Source: Gemmatimonadaceae bacterium
Lineage (GTDB): Bacteria; Gemmatimonadota; Gemmatimonadetes; Gemmatimonadales; Gemmatimonadaceae
Assembly (NCBI GenBank): GCA_026786185.1
Contig: JAJAYP010000203.1
Span: 1 to 53,260 of the forward strand
DNA: 53,260 nucleotides
Direction: 5' to 3'
The position numbers were made by a program, and so were the translations under genes. Below the pieces are notes generated by a model. It was not told the DNA's origin. It saw nothing but the letters and a program-made list of their open reading frames with translations, and searched no databases. Positions 45,044-53,131 of this stretch are shown in pieces. Position 1 is the stretch's first letter, and the number at the start of each line of letters is the position of its first letter.

Positions 45044-45660
45044 GGTACGCCGTTGGCGATGTCGATCCATGTGTCGCCCCAGTCGTCGCTGCGGTAGAGG
45101 CCCCAGTGGTTCTGGAGGAAGAGACGCTCGGGTCGCGATGGATGGTGCGCCACCTTGTGCACGCACTGCCCGAACTCGGGATACTTGTTGGGGAGGAACA
45201 CCGCGCACACGCCCGTATTGCGGGGATGCCATGTCGTTCCACCATCGTCGGTACGGTAGAACCTCGCGGTGGAAATCGCGACGGCCATGCGACGCGCGTT
45301 TTTCGGATCGAGGACGATGGTATGGAGGCAGAGGGCGCCGCCGCCGGGCATCCACTGAGATCGATGCTCGTGATTCAGGAGTCCGGGCACCGGTGCCCAA
45401 CTCTCGCCGGCGTCCTCGGACTTGAACAGCGCGGCGGGTTCCACGCCGCACCAGACGACGTCCTGCTCCTCGGGCAGGCCCGGGGTGATCTGCCAGACCT
45501 GCGCGAGCGACATCCCCGAGGCTTCCGGAAAGCGAACGGCTTGACGTTCCGGACCGGTCCAGGTACTCCCGAAGTCATCGCTCACGCGAATCGTGCTGCC
45601 CCAGTGATTGCTGTTCACGCCGACGAGGACGATGACACTGCCCGGTGAGTACTTCGGCAT
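45040..45660 (-). pseudogene. Internal fragment of a BNR/sialidase-like beta-propeller gene (both ends missing)
   Basis: ..SDDFGSTW..EPAALFKSEDAGESW..WMPGGGALCLHTIV..FYRTDDGGTTW..YPEFGQCVHKVAHHP..LFLQNHWGLYRSDDWGDTWIDIANGVPS reads cleanly, then runs out of frame into the moaD-like remnant. The ORF track lists it as 44923..45660. Confidence 0.65.
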
Positions 45661-45858
45661 GGGACGAATCGGGCCGGGGTGGGTTGATTGGGCGGGGAGG
45701 CCGACTCAACGGTGCGACGTCAGGCGCGGGTCCGCAATACGCCGTACTGACGTCGGCTCGAGATTCGAAACCACCCGTTTGATTCCCAGCGCCGGTGATC
45801 CGGTGGGGTTGGCGCCCCGACGACCGCTCTCGGTGGTGATGGCAAACTTCGCGGGCGT

Positions 45859-46396
45859 GTCGCCTCTCTGCGTTCTCCGCGGTAAATCATGTCCGTTGGT
45901 GTGAACCGCAGAGGACGCAGAGGATCGCAGAGGACGGCGAGACGAGCGGAATCATGTTCCGCCTCCTCCTCGCCAATTGTCCCAGGCGACGAGCCGCATC
46001 GCGAGCCCGAAGCGGGGGGAGAGTCGCGACATCGAGCTACGACGTCACTCATCGGTCGGGGGAAGGACCCAGGATCCTGAGGGGTCTGCCGTCCTCTGTG
46101 ATCCTCCGCGTCCTCCGCGGTAAATCATGTCCGTTGGTGTGAACCACAGAGGACGCAGGGGATCGCAGAGGATGGCGAGACGAGCCGAATCGTGTTCCGC
46201 CTCCTCCTCGGTAATTGTCCGAGGCGACAGGCCGCATCGCGAGCCCGAAGCGGGGGGAGAGCGCGACATCGAGCTACTACTTCACTCATCGGTCGGGGGA
46301 AGAACCCAGGATCCTGAGGGGTCTGCCGTCCTCTGTGATCCTCCGCGTCCTCCGCGGTATAGAAGACTCGTGACCACGGAAGACGCAGAGGATCGG
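45859..46396 (+). repeat. Tandem ~238-bp repeat array (2 full units plus degenerate flanking arms) with 32-nt inverted arms forming three long hairpins
   Basis: Units span 45875-46112 and 46113-46349. Left arms are at 45906-45937 and 46144-46175, right arms at 46089-46120 and 46326-46357. Degenerate arms lie at 45859-45882 and 46374-46396. Confidence 0.85.
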
Positions 46397-46515
46397 GCAA
46401 GCCGAAAGCCATCAGTGCGGCGCGGTGCTGGTGCGGTACGGGCATGGCACCATCTTTCGCTGGCGCTGTACAAGGGAAGGCCGCTTCATTCCCGCTTCCT
46501 CGCACGCCACTCGCC

Positions 46516-47199
46516 ATGCCACCGATCCGCTGGTCAGTTATCCGCCACTGTCTGCCGGCCTTCGCTCTCGCGCTGGCGTGCATCGGCACCGTCTCTGCCC
46601 GGTCGATGGCGCAACCGGGCTCTACGATTCGCACCGATTCGACGGCGATGGCGAAGGCGCGGGCGGACAGCGCCCGCTATCCATATACGGCGGCAGACGT
46701 TCATTTCATGTCGGCCATGATCGGCCATCATGCCCAGGCGATCACGATGTCGCGTCTCGCGATGACGCGTGACGCCAGCCCCGAAGTGCGGAGGCTGGCC
46801 GAGCGAATCATCAACTCGCAGCAGGACGAGATCGCCACGATGCAGCAGTGGCTGCGCGACCGGCGGCAGCGGGTGCCGGAGGCGAAGGCCGGGCCGATGA
46901 AGATGACGATGAGTGGCATGGAGCACGACATGCTGATGCCCGGCATGCTGACCGACGAGGAGATGGCGCAGCTCGAGCGGGTGAGGGGAGTGCAGTTCGA
47001 CCGGCGCTTTCTCTCGGCCATGATGCAGCATCACCGTGGCGCCGTCTCGATGGTGAAGGACCTGTTCGGGAGCTACGGCGCCGCGCAGGACGAAGTGGTA
47101 TTCAAGTTCGCATCCGATGTGGGGGTCGATCAGGCGACCGAGATCGCGCGCATGGAGAAGATGCTCGCCACCCTCATCTTCGGAATTCCCGTACGATGA
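46516..47199 (+). CDS. DUF305-family periplasmic protein with Met-rich insert (copy 2)
   Basis: DUF305 helices are MIGHHAQAI / MMQHHRGAV. The linker is PMKMTMSGMEHDMLMPGM. There is an ATGA overlap with the next gene. Confidence 0.8.
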   Translation: MPPIRWSVIRHCLPAFALALACIGTVSARSMAQPGSTIRTDSTAMAKARADSARYPYTAADVHFMSAMIGHHAQAITMSRLAMTRDASPEVRRLAERIINSQQDEIATMQQWLRDRRQRVPEAKAGPMKMTMSGMEHDMLMPGMLTDEEMAQLERVRGVQFDRRFLSAMMQHHRGAVSMVKDLFGSYGAAQDEVVFKFASDVGVDQATEIARMEKMLATLIFGIPVR

Positions 47200-49223
47200 C
47201 CATTCACTTTCCGCCGATCCACATGCCTCGATCCTCACCGTTGTCGAAGCTCCCGTTCGTCGTCGGCCTCGCGTCTCTCGCGGCCTGCGCTCCAGTGACC
47301 AGTTCGTCGACGGCCGGCAGCGGCATGTCGCCGATGGCCGAGATGTCGATGGACGCGCCCAGCCCGGATCCACGCATCGGGCTCCGCGGCGGCTTGACCG
47401 ATGCCGCCGAAGCGACGTGTAACATCCGCATCCTGTCGAAGACGGCGGCTCCGCAGGCGTTCATGGGCCAGACCAATTCCGATATGGCGTTCCTGGGCAA
47501 TTACGTCTTCCAGGGCAGCTACAACGGCTATCAGGTGTGGGACATCTCGAATCCCCGCCAGCCCACGGTGAAGAACGCGTACGTGTGTCCGGCCTCGCAG
47601 AGCGACGTCTCGGTCTATCGCAACCTGCTGTTCGTCTCCGGTGAGGGGCTGAGTGGCCGCATCGACTGCGGAACGCAGGGCGTGCGTGACACGGTGAGCA
47701 AGGACCGCCTGCGCGGCGTTCGCATCTTCGACATCAGCGACGTTGCCAATCCGCGCAATGTCGGGAACGTGCAGACGTGCCGCGGCTCGCACACGCACAC
47801 GCTGCTCGTGGACCCGAAGGACGCCGAGAACGTGTACATCTACATTTCCGGATCGTCGAGCATCCGGTCGCCGAGCGAGCTGGCCGGCTGCGTGAGTGCC
47901 GCGCCCGACCGGGATCCCAACTCCGCGCTGTTCCGCATCGAAGTCATCAAGGTTCCGCTCGCGCATCCCGAGCGTGCGGCCATCGTGAGCTCGCCGCGCA
48001 TTTTCAACGATCTGGTCGCGCCGGCGCGTCACGGCGAGTCACCGGAGGACATTGCCGCTGCGGCGCGCGCGGCTGCCGCAGCGCGTGCGCGTGGTGAGTT
48101 CACCGCGTCGTACGAGGGCACCGAGATGGTGCTGCCCTCCAATTTCACCGGGCCCATGCTCGATAGCGTGGTGCGATCCAACGGTCGCACGACGGCGACG
48201 GCCGCCGACAGCGCCGCCCTTCGGTCGGCGCTGCCAGGGATCCTGGCGAAGATGTTCGGCGACTCACATGCGGGCCCCGGTCCGCGGCCCGGGCCCACGC
48301 AGTGTCACGACATCACGGTGTTTCCCGCGATCGGTCTCGCTGGTGGTGCATGCGAAGGGTACGGGCTGCTGATCGACATTCGGGACCCGGTCAACCCGCG
48401 GCGCATCGGCGCGGTGGCGGACTCCAACTTCTCCTACTGGCATTCCGCGACCTTCAACAACGACGGCTCCAAGATCCTGTTCAGCGACGAATGGGGCGGC
48501 GGCGGGCAGGCGAAGTGTCGCGCGACGGACAAGAAGGAGTGGGGTGCGGACGCGATCTTCACGCTCGCGAACGGGCAGATGCAGTTCAAGAGCTACTACA
48601 AGCTCCCCGCGGCGCAGACGGCGCAGGAGAACTGCGTGGCGCACAACGGCTCGATGATTCCGATTCCGGGCCGGGACGTGATGGTGCAGGCCTGGTATCA
48701 GGGCGGCATCTCGGTCTTCGACTTCACCGACGCCTCACGTCCGCGCGAGATCGCGTACTTCGATCGCGGCCCGGTGGATTCCACCCGCATGGTGCTGGGC
48801 GGATCGTGGTCGGTGTACTGGTACAATGGCGTGATCGTCAGCTCCGAGATCGCGCGCGGACTCGACGTCATGGAGCTCACGCCGAGCGCCTTCATTTCGC
48901 AGAACGAGATCGACGCCGCGAAGACGGTGCGGCTCGAATACCTGAATGCGCAGGGGCAGCCGAAGTACGAATGGCCGCCGAGCTTCGCGCTGGCGCGCTC
49001 GTTCGCCGACCAGCTCGCGCGATCGAACGGCTTGTCGTCCAGCCGGATCGCCGGCGTACGGCAGGCGTTGAGCGGTGCCGAAGGAATGTCGGGCGGCGGG
49101 CGGCGTGACGCGCTGTCGCGCCTGGCGTCGGAGCTGGACGGCAACGCGAATGGCTCGAGCGACGCATCCAGGGTGCGGATGCTGGCGGGCGCGGTGCGTG
49201 ACCTGGCGACGGCGACGAGATAG
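47196..49223 (+). CDS. LVIVD-repeat-like beta-propeller lipoprotein, Cys-rich (copy 2, with ~75-aa insertion)
   Basis: The lipobox is LASLAAC. It is collinear with 34867..36666, including CRGSHTHT, FRIEVIKVPLA, TQCHDITV and ENCVAHNGS. Confidence 0.75.
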   Translation: MTIHFPPIHMPRSSPLSKLPFVVGLASLAACAPVTSSSTAGSGMSPMAEMSMDAPSPDPRIGLRGGLTDAAEATCNIRILSKTAAPQAFMGQTNSDMAFLGNYVFQGSYNGYQVWDISNPRQPTVKNAYVCPASQSDVSVYRNLLFVSGEGLSGRIDCGTQGVRDTVSKDRLRGVRIFDISDVANPRNVGNVQTCRGSHTHTLLVDPKDAENVYIYISGSSSIRSPSELAGCVSAAPDRDPNSALFRIEVIKVPLAHPERAAIVSSPRIFNDLVAPARHGESPEDIAAAARAAAAARARGEFTASYEGTEMVLPSNFTGPMLDSVVRSNGRTTATAADSAALRSALPGILAKMFGDSHAGPGPRPGPTQCHDITVFPAIGLAGGACEGYGLLIDIRDPVNPRRIGAVADSNFSYWHSATFNNDGSKILFSDEWGGGGQAKCRATDKKEWGADAIFTLANGQMQFKSYYKLPAAQTAQENCVAHNGSMIPIPGRDVMVQAWYQGGISVFDFTDASRPREIAYFDRGPVDSTRMVLGGSWSVYWYNGVIVSSEIARGLDVMELTPSAFISQNEIDAAKTVRLEYLNAQGQPKYEWPPSFALARSFADQLARSNGLSSSRIAGVRQALSGAEGMSGGGRRDALSRLASELDGNANGSSDASRVRMLAGAVRDLATATR

Positions 49224-49252
49224 TCGGTAGGTCGGTAGGTCGGTTGGTCGTG
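49224..49252. repeat. 8-nt microsatellite (TCGGTAGG x ~3.5) immediately after the stop codon
   Basis: Direct reading gives TCGGTAGG TCGGTAGG TCGGTTGG TCGTG. Confidence 0.8.
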
Positions 49253-49265
49253 CACGCCTCCGTTG

Positions 49266-51116
49266 TCAGTTCTCCAGTGTCAGCAGGTCGAGCGGATTGA
49301 CGGTGAGAGCGCCGTACCGTGCGTTCCAGTGCAGGTGCGGTCCGGTAACGCGGCCGGTCGCACCCACATGTCCGATCGTCTGTCCGCGCGTGACGGTGTC
49401 ACCCACCGACACCAGCACGCGGCTCAGGTGCAGATAGCCCGTCACGATGCCGCCGCCGTGATCGATGTAGATCACGCGTCCCCCGAGAAAAAAGGTGTCG
49501 ATCAGCGCGACTCGCCCGCGATTCGCCGCGCGCACGGGCGCGCCGACAGCCCCGCGGAAATCCACACCCAGATGTCGGCTCGTCACCTGGCCGTTGAATG
49601 TTCGCCCGGTGCCGAACCGGCTGCTGACGGCCGAGGTGCGTGGCGCCAGGAACGGCGCGGACCACGCTGCCGGTGACTCGTGCGCCCGCCGCCCCACCTC
49701 GAGCGCTCGCGCGCCTTCGCGCGCCACCCTCGCCTCGATCGCCGGGCTGAGCGGCTTGCCGAATCGCGGTGCGACGGCGAGCCGTTCCGTGGGAGGAGGG
49801 AGTGGGGGGACGGCAGCAGTGGCCCGCACGGTGTCGGCGCGCCCCGACACGCGCGTCACGATGGCGCGCGCGACGATGGAGCTCGACGTGTCGACCGGAA
49901 TGGCGCCGATCGCCCGATATTCCCCGTGAGATGAAGTGAAGTGCAGCGGTTCGCCGGCCATCGTTCCTCGAACCATCACGACCGAATCACCGACACTCTG
50001 GACATCCGTGAGGGTGACCCTGACGATGGCCCCCGGTTCGGGGCGCAGCGGCGCGATGGAGAGGCGAGGCGCCTGTGCGTGGAGCGGCACGGCGATGGCC
50101 ATGGTCGCGACGAGCACCAGGGCCCGTGCCGTGGAGGCAAGCTCACGCCAGCCGATGAGGCGCCTGCTGTCCTCGTCCCACAGCTTCAGGCGAGCGCAGC
50201 GAATGCCGTCACGCAAGCCGATGCGTGGCACGGCAGAAAACAGTGGCGTGGCGGCGTGACAGGCGGCGAGCCGATAGCTCGGAACGCGGGGGCCGAGATG
50301 GTGGACGTGATGCACGCCGATGTAGCCGGTGAACCATTCGAGTACCGCGGGCAACGCATAATACGACGACCCTTCGAGAGCGGCGCGGCCATAGTCCCAC
50401 GCGCCCTCGGGTGCCCAGTACGTGTGCTCGAACTGGTGTTGCACGTAGAACAGCCACATGCCGATGGTCGACGCGATCATGGTAATGGGAAGCTGGACTC
50501 GAATCAGCACACCGGACCCGACGGCGTGAACGAGACTCGCGCCCGCCGCGAGCAGCGCGAGGTTGGTGAGGACAATGCTGCGGCGCTCGCGGCGCCACGA
50601 GGCGCGCGCCATCCAGGGAAGCCGCATGGCAAGTACGAAGTAGAGGGTGGGCGCGATGACGAAGAGGACGATCGGATTCCGCATCATCCGGTAGACGAGT
50701 CGCTGGCGCGCGGACATCGCCAGATACTCCCGCACGGTCCGCGTATCGATGTCCGCGCCTCGCTCGGCGAGCTTTCCCGACGTCGCGTGATGCGTGCCGT
50801 GGCTTCGACGCCAATATCCGAACGGGATCAGGGTGAGCAGCGAACACGCGCGTCCGACGCTGACGTTGAGGCGCGCGGAGCGGAAGAACGACCCATGGCC
50901 GCAATCGTGTTGCACGATGAACGTGCGGACGAGAAAGCCCGCCGCGGGCACCGCCAGCACGAGCGTGAGCCAGTACGACACGTCCAGCGCGCGGTACATG
51001 AGCCACCAGAGGACGAGATACGGCGGCACCGACGTCGCAAGCGCCTTCCAGGCCTCACGGTTGTCGGGCTTCTCGTACGGTGCAACGAGCTGTCGCAGGT
51101 CAGCAAGCGCGGACAT
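49266..51116 (-). CDS. Fusion ORF: membrane fatty-acid desaturase (N-terminal) + signal/TM-like segment + M23 (LytM) metallopeptidase (C-terminal)
   Basis: The desaturase His boxes are HDCGH, HGTHH and HHVHH. The connecting hydrophobic segment is ARALVLVATMAIAVPLHAQA. M23 motifs are HLGVDF and GRVTGPHLHW. Confidence 0.75.
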   Translation of the reverse strand: MSALADLRQLVAPYEKPDNREAWKALATSVPPYLVLWWLMYRALDVSYWLTLVLAVPAAGFLVRTFIVQHDCGHGSFFRSARLNVSVGRACSLLTLIPFGYWRRSHGTHHATSGKLAERGADIDTRTVREYLAMSARQRLVYRMMRNPIVLFVIAPTLYFVLAMRLPWMARASWRRERRSIVLTNLALLAAGASLVHAVGSGVLIRVQLPITMIASTIGMWLFYVQHQFEHTYWAPEGAWDYGRAALEGSSYYALPAVLEWFTGYIGVHHVHHLGPRVPSYRLAACHAATPLFSAVPRIGLRDGIRCARLKLWDEDSRRLIGWRELASTARALVLVATMAIAVPLHAQAPRLSIAPLRPEPGAIVRVTLTDVQSVGDSVVMVRGTMAGEPLHFTSSHGEYRAIGAIPVDTSSSIVARAIVTRVSGRADTVRATAAVPPLPPPTERLAVAPRFGKPLSPAIEARVAREGARALEVGRRAHESPAAWSAPFLAPRTSAVSSRFGTGRTFNGQVTSRHLGVDFRGAVGAPVRAANRGRVALIDTFFLGGRVIYIDHGGGIVTGYLHLSRVLVSVGDTVTRGQTIGHVGATGRVTGPHLHWNARYGALTVNPLDLLTLEN

Positions 51117-51168
51117 CGTGTGTCTCCCGGGTTGACCTCGATCTTGCCGCTCTGGAGGCGCCCTCGTA

Positions 51169-51186
51169 ATACGTACGGGTACGTAT
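51169..51186. promoter_or_regulatory. 18-bp perfect palindrome ATACGTAC-GG-GTACGTAT in the divergent desaturase / FabH-like intergenic region (operator candidate)
   Basis: Direct reading shows 8-bp arms with a 2-nt centre. It is AT-rich relative to its surroundings. It lies 53 nt from the desaturase start and 160 nt from the FabH-like start. Confidence 0.5.
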
Positions 51187-51345
51187 ACACGCCGTCGCGC
51201 TGTCCGGAGGAGTCTACGTCATCCGACGTATTGGGGCGTGCACGCGCGTCCATAGCTTCCCACCTGTACGGCGCCGAGCGACCCCGCACGAACACGCGCT
51301 GCGCATTCCCGCCCATGCACCACCATCCGTCACCGAGGAGCCTGG

Positions 51346-52356
51346 ATGCCCGACCGCGTTCGACTCCGGAGCATCGCCACCGCGCTTCCCGCCGCCATAC
51401 GGACGAGCGCTGAGGTCGAAACGCTGATTCGCGACGCGAGTCCGGACTATCGACTCAAGGCGGGGATCGTCGAGGCGCTGTCCGGCATCGCGACCCGGCG
51501 CGTGGCGGATGCCGATGTGCAATGTTCCGACCTCGCCGCGCAGGCGGCACGCACAGCGCTACGCGACGCAGCGATCGATGCGCGTGACGTGGACCTCCTG
51601 ATCTTCGCCGCCGCGAGCCAGGACCTGATGGAACCGGCCACGGCGAATCTGGTGCAGGAGAAGGTCGGTACGACGTGTCAGGTGTTCGACGTCAAGAATG
51701 CCTGCAACAGCTTTCTCAACGGTCTGCAGATCGCCGAGTCGCTGATCATGGGCGGATCGTGCGACGTCGCGCTGGTCACGTCGGGCGAGATCTGCTCCCG
51801 CGCCATCTCGTGGCGCGTGCGGTCGCACGCGGAGTTCAAACGGAACTTTCCCGGCTACACCATGGGCGACGCCGGAGCCGCGGCGGTACTCACGCGCTCT
51901 ACCGACGGCCGCGGGATCTTCTACCGGCGGTTCTCGACCGTGAGCAGGCACTGGAACCTCGCCACGATCGACTGCGGCGGATCCATGCATCCGCGCGGCG
52001 AGGAGCACACCTACCTGCACGCCGATGGCGCGGCCCTCAAGCGGGTGTTCATGGACATCGGGCCAAAGATCCTGTGCACCATGCTTCGCGACGCAGGCGT
52101 CATGCTCGACGAGTTCGATCGCATTCTCGTGCACCAGCCCACCCTGCCCTACCTGGACGAGCTCCTTCGCATCACGGGCACATCGATCGACCGGGTGGAG
52201 GAGACCGTGGCGGAGTTCGGCAACATGGCGGCCGCTTCACTTCCGGTCGCACACGCCCGCGCGGTGGCACGAGGCGCCATCGCGAGCGGCGACCGCGTGC
52301 TCTGGCTGGGTCTCGCGAGCGGCATCAGCGTCGGTACGATGATGATCGATGTCTAG
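51346..52356 (+). CDS. 3-oxoacyl-ACP synthase III (FabH-like / KAS III family) condensing enzyme
   Basis: The Cys-His-Asn triad context is VKNACNSFLNG, ILVHQPT and FGNMAAASLP. Confidence 0.8.
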   Translation: MPDRVRLRSIATALPAAIRTSAEVETLIRDASPDYRLKAGIVEALSGIATRRVADADVQCSDLAAQAARTALRDAAIDARDVDLLIFAAASQDLMEPATANLVQEKVGTTCQVFDVKNACNSFLNGLQIAESLIMGGSCDVALVTSGEICSRAISWRVRSHAEFKRNFPGYTMGDAGAAAVLTRSTDGRGIFYRRFSTVSRHWNLATIDCGGSMHPRGEEHTYLHADGAALKRVFMDIGPKILCTMLRDAGVMLDEFDRILVHQPTLPYLDELLRITGTSIDRVEETVAEFGNMAAASLPVAHARAVARGAIASGDRVLWLGLASGISVGTMMIDV

Positions 52357-53131
52357 CGCTTCGTCGCGCAGCGTGCGCCATGCACCGGCCTTCGCCGTCG
52401 TGGTTCCCTTCTACAACGAGGCGCGGGGGATGCAGCGGACGCTGGACGCGCTGTCCGCGCAGCACGATGCGGACTTCGCACTGGTGCTCGTCGACAACGC
52501 GAGTACCGACGAAAGCTTCGAGATCGCCACTCGGTTCGCCAGCGCGCGGGGGTCGTCCACCGTCGTGATCCGCGAGCCGCTCAAGGGCACGGGCGCGGCG
52601 GCCGACACAGGCTTTCGCCACGCGATACACGCAGGAGCGCGGTGGATCGCCCGGACGGACGCGGATTGCCTTCCCCACGCGCACTGGGTGCGCAATCTCA
52701 GGCGGGCCATGTGCGACGACGGACTCGAGTTCGTGGCCGGACGGATCGAGCCGCGCACGGACGAAGGCGCGAGCTCGCTCGGTGAGCGTGTGATCCTGCG
52801 AGCGATGATCTGGATTGCGGAGCACGCGGGCCGCGTCCACCGGCGTGGTGCACAGTTCAAGTACCCGTACTTCATGGCCGCCGGGAACAACCTCGCGATC
52901 ACCGCGGACCTCTACGAACGGAGCGGCGGCTTCCCGCGGTCGGCGATCGAACAGCTCCACGAGGATCGCGTCCTCTCGGAAAAGGTCCGCACGATGACGA
53001 CGAGAGCGGCGGTGCGCCGCGACGTCATCGTGTACAACTCCGTGCGGCGCGTCCACGCGTATGGCTATCTGAACACCCTGCGGTGGTACCACAATCACGG
53101 CTATCGGCCGGCCGTCGTGGACGTACGATGA
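52349..53131 (+). CDS. Family 2 glycosyltransferase
   Basis: FAVVVPFYNEARGMQRTLDALSAQ..LVLVDNASTDES is a GT-A/GT2 N-terminus. There is an 8-nt overlap with the FabH-like gene. Confidence 0.8.
   Translation: MSSASSRSVRHAPAFAVVVPFYNEARGMQRTLDALSAQHDADFALVLVDNASTDESFEIATRFASARGSSTVVIREPLKGTGAAADTGFRHAIHAGARWIARTDADCLPHAHWVRNLRRAMCDDGLEFVAGRIEPRTDEGASSLGERVILRAMIWIAEHAGRVHRRGAQFKYPYFMAAGNNLAITADLYERSGGFPRSAIEQLHEDRVLSEKVRTMTTRAAVRRDVIVYNSVRRVHAYGYLNTLRWYHNHGYRPAVVDVR

Noticed and set aside
45755-45780. A GATTCGAAACC string resembling a tRNA T-loop, hinting at a tRNA 3' fragment or att site beside the repeats
   Set aside because: The flanking bases do not form a T-stem on either strand. No acceptor or anticodon arms could be built by hand.
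45889-46269. Small ORFs inside the repeat units (45889..46080 +, 45954..46142 +, 45720..46052 -, 46045..46269 -) as real genes or a repeat protein
   Set aside because: A 1-nt indel between the two units breaks frame conservation. Substitutions show no third-position bias, and the translations are low-complexity (RRGRRGSQR.., LRVLRGKS..).
45859-46396. The tandem repeats as a CRISPR array
   Set aside because: The sequences between the conserved arms are themselves homologous between units, so there are no unique spacers. The period (~238 bp) is far too long, and no cas genes are present.
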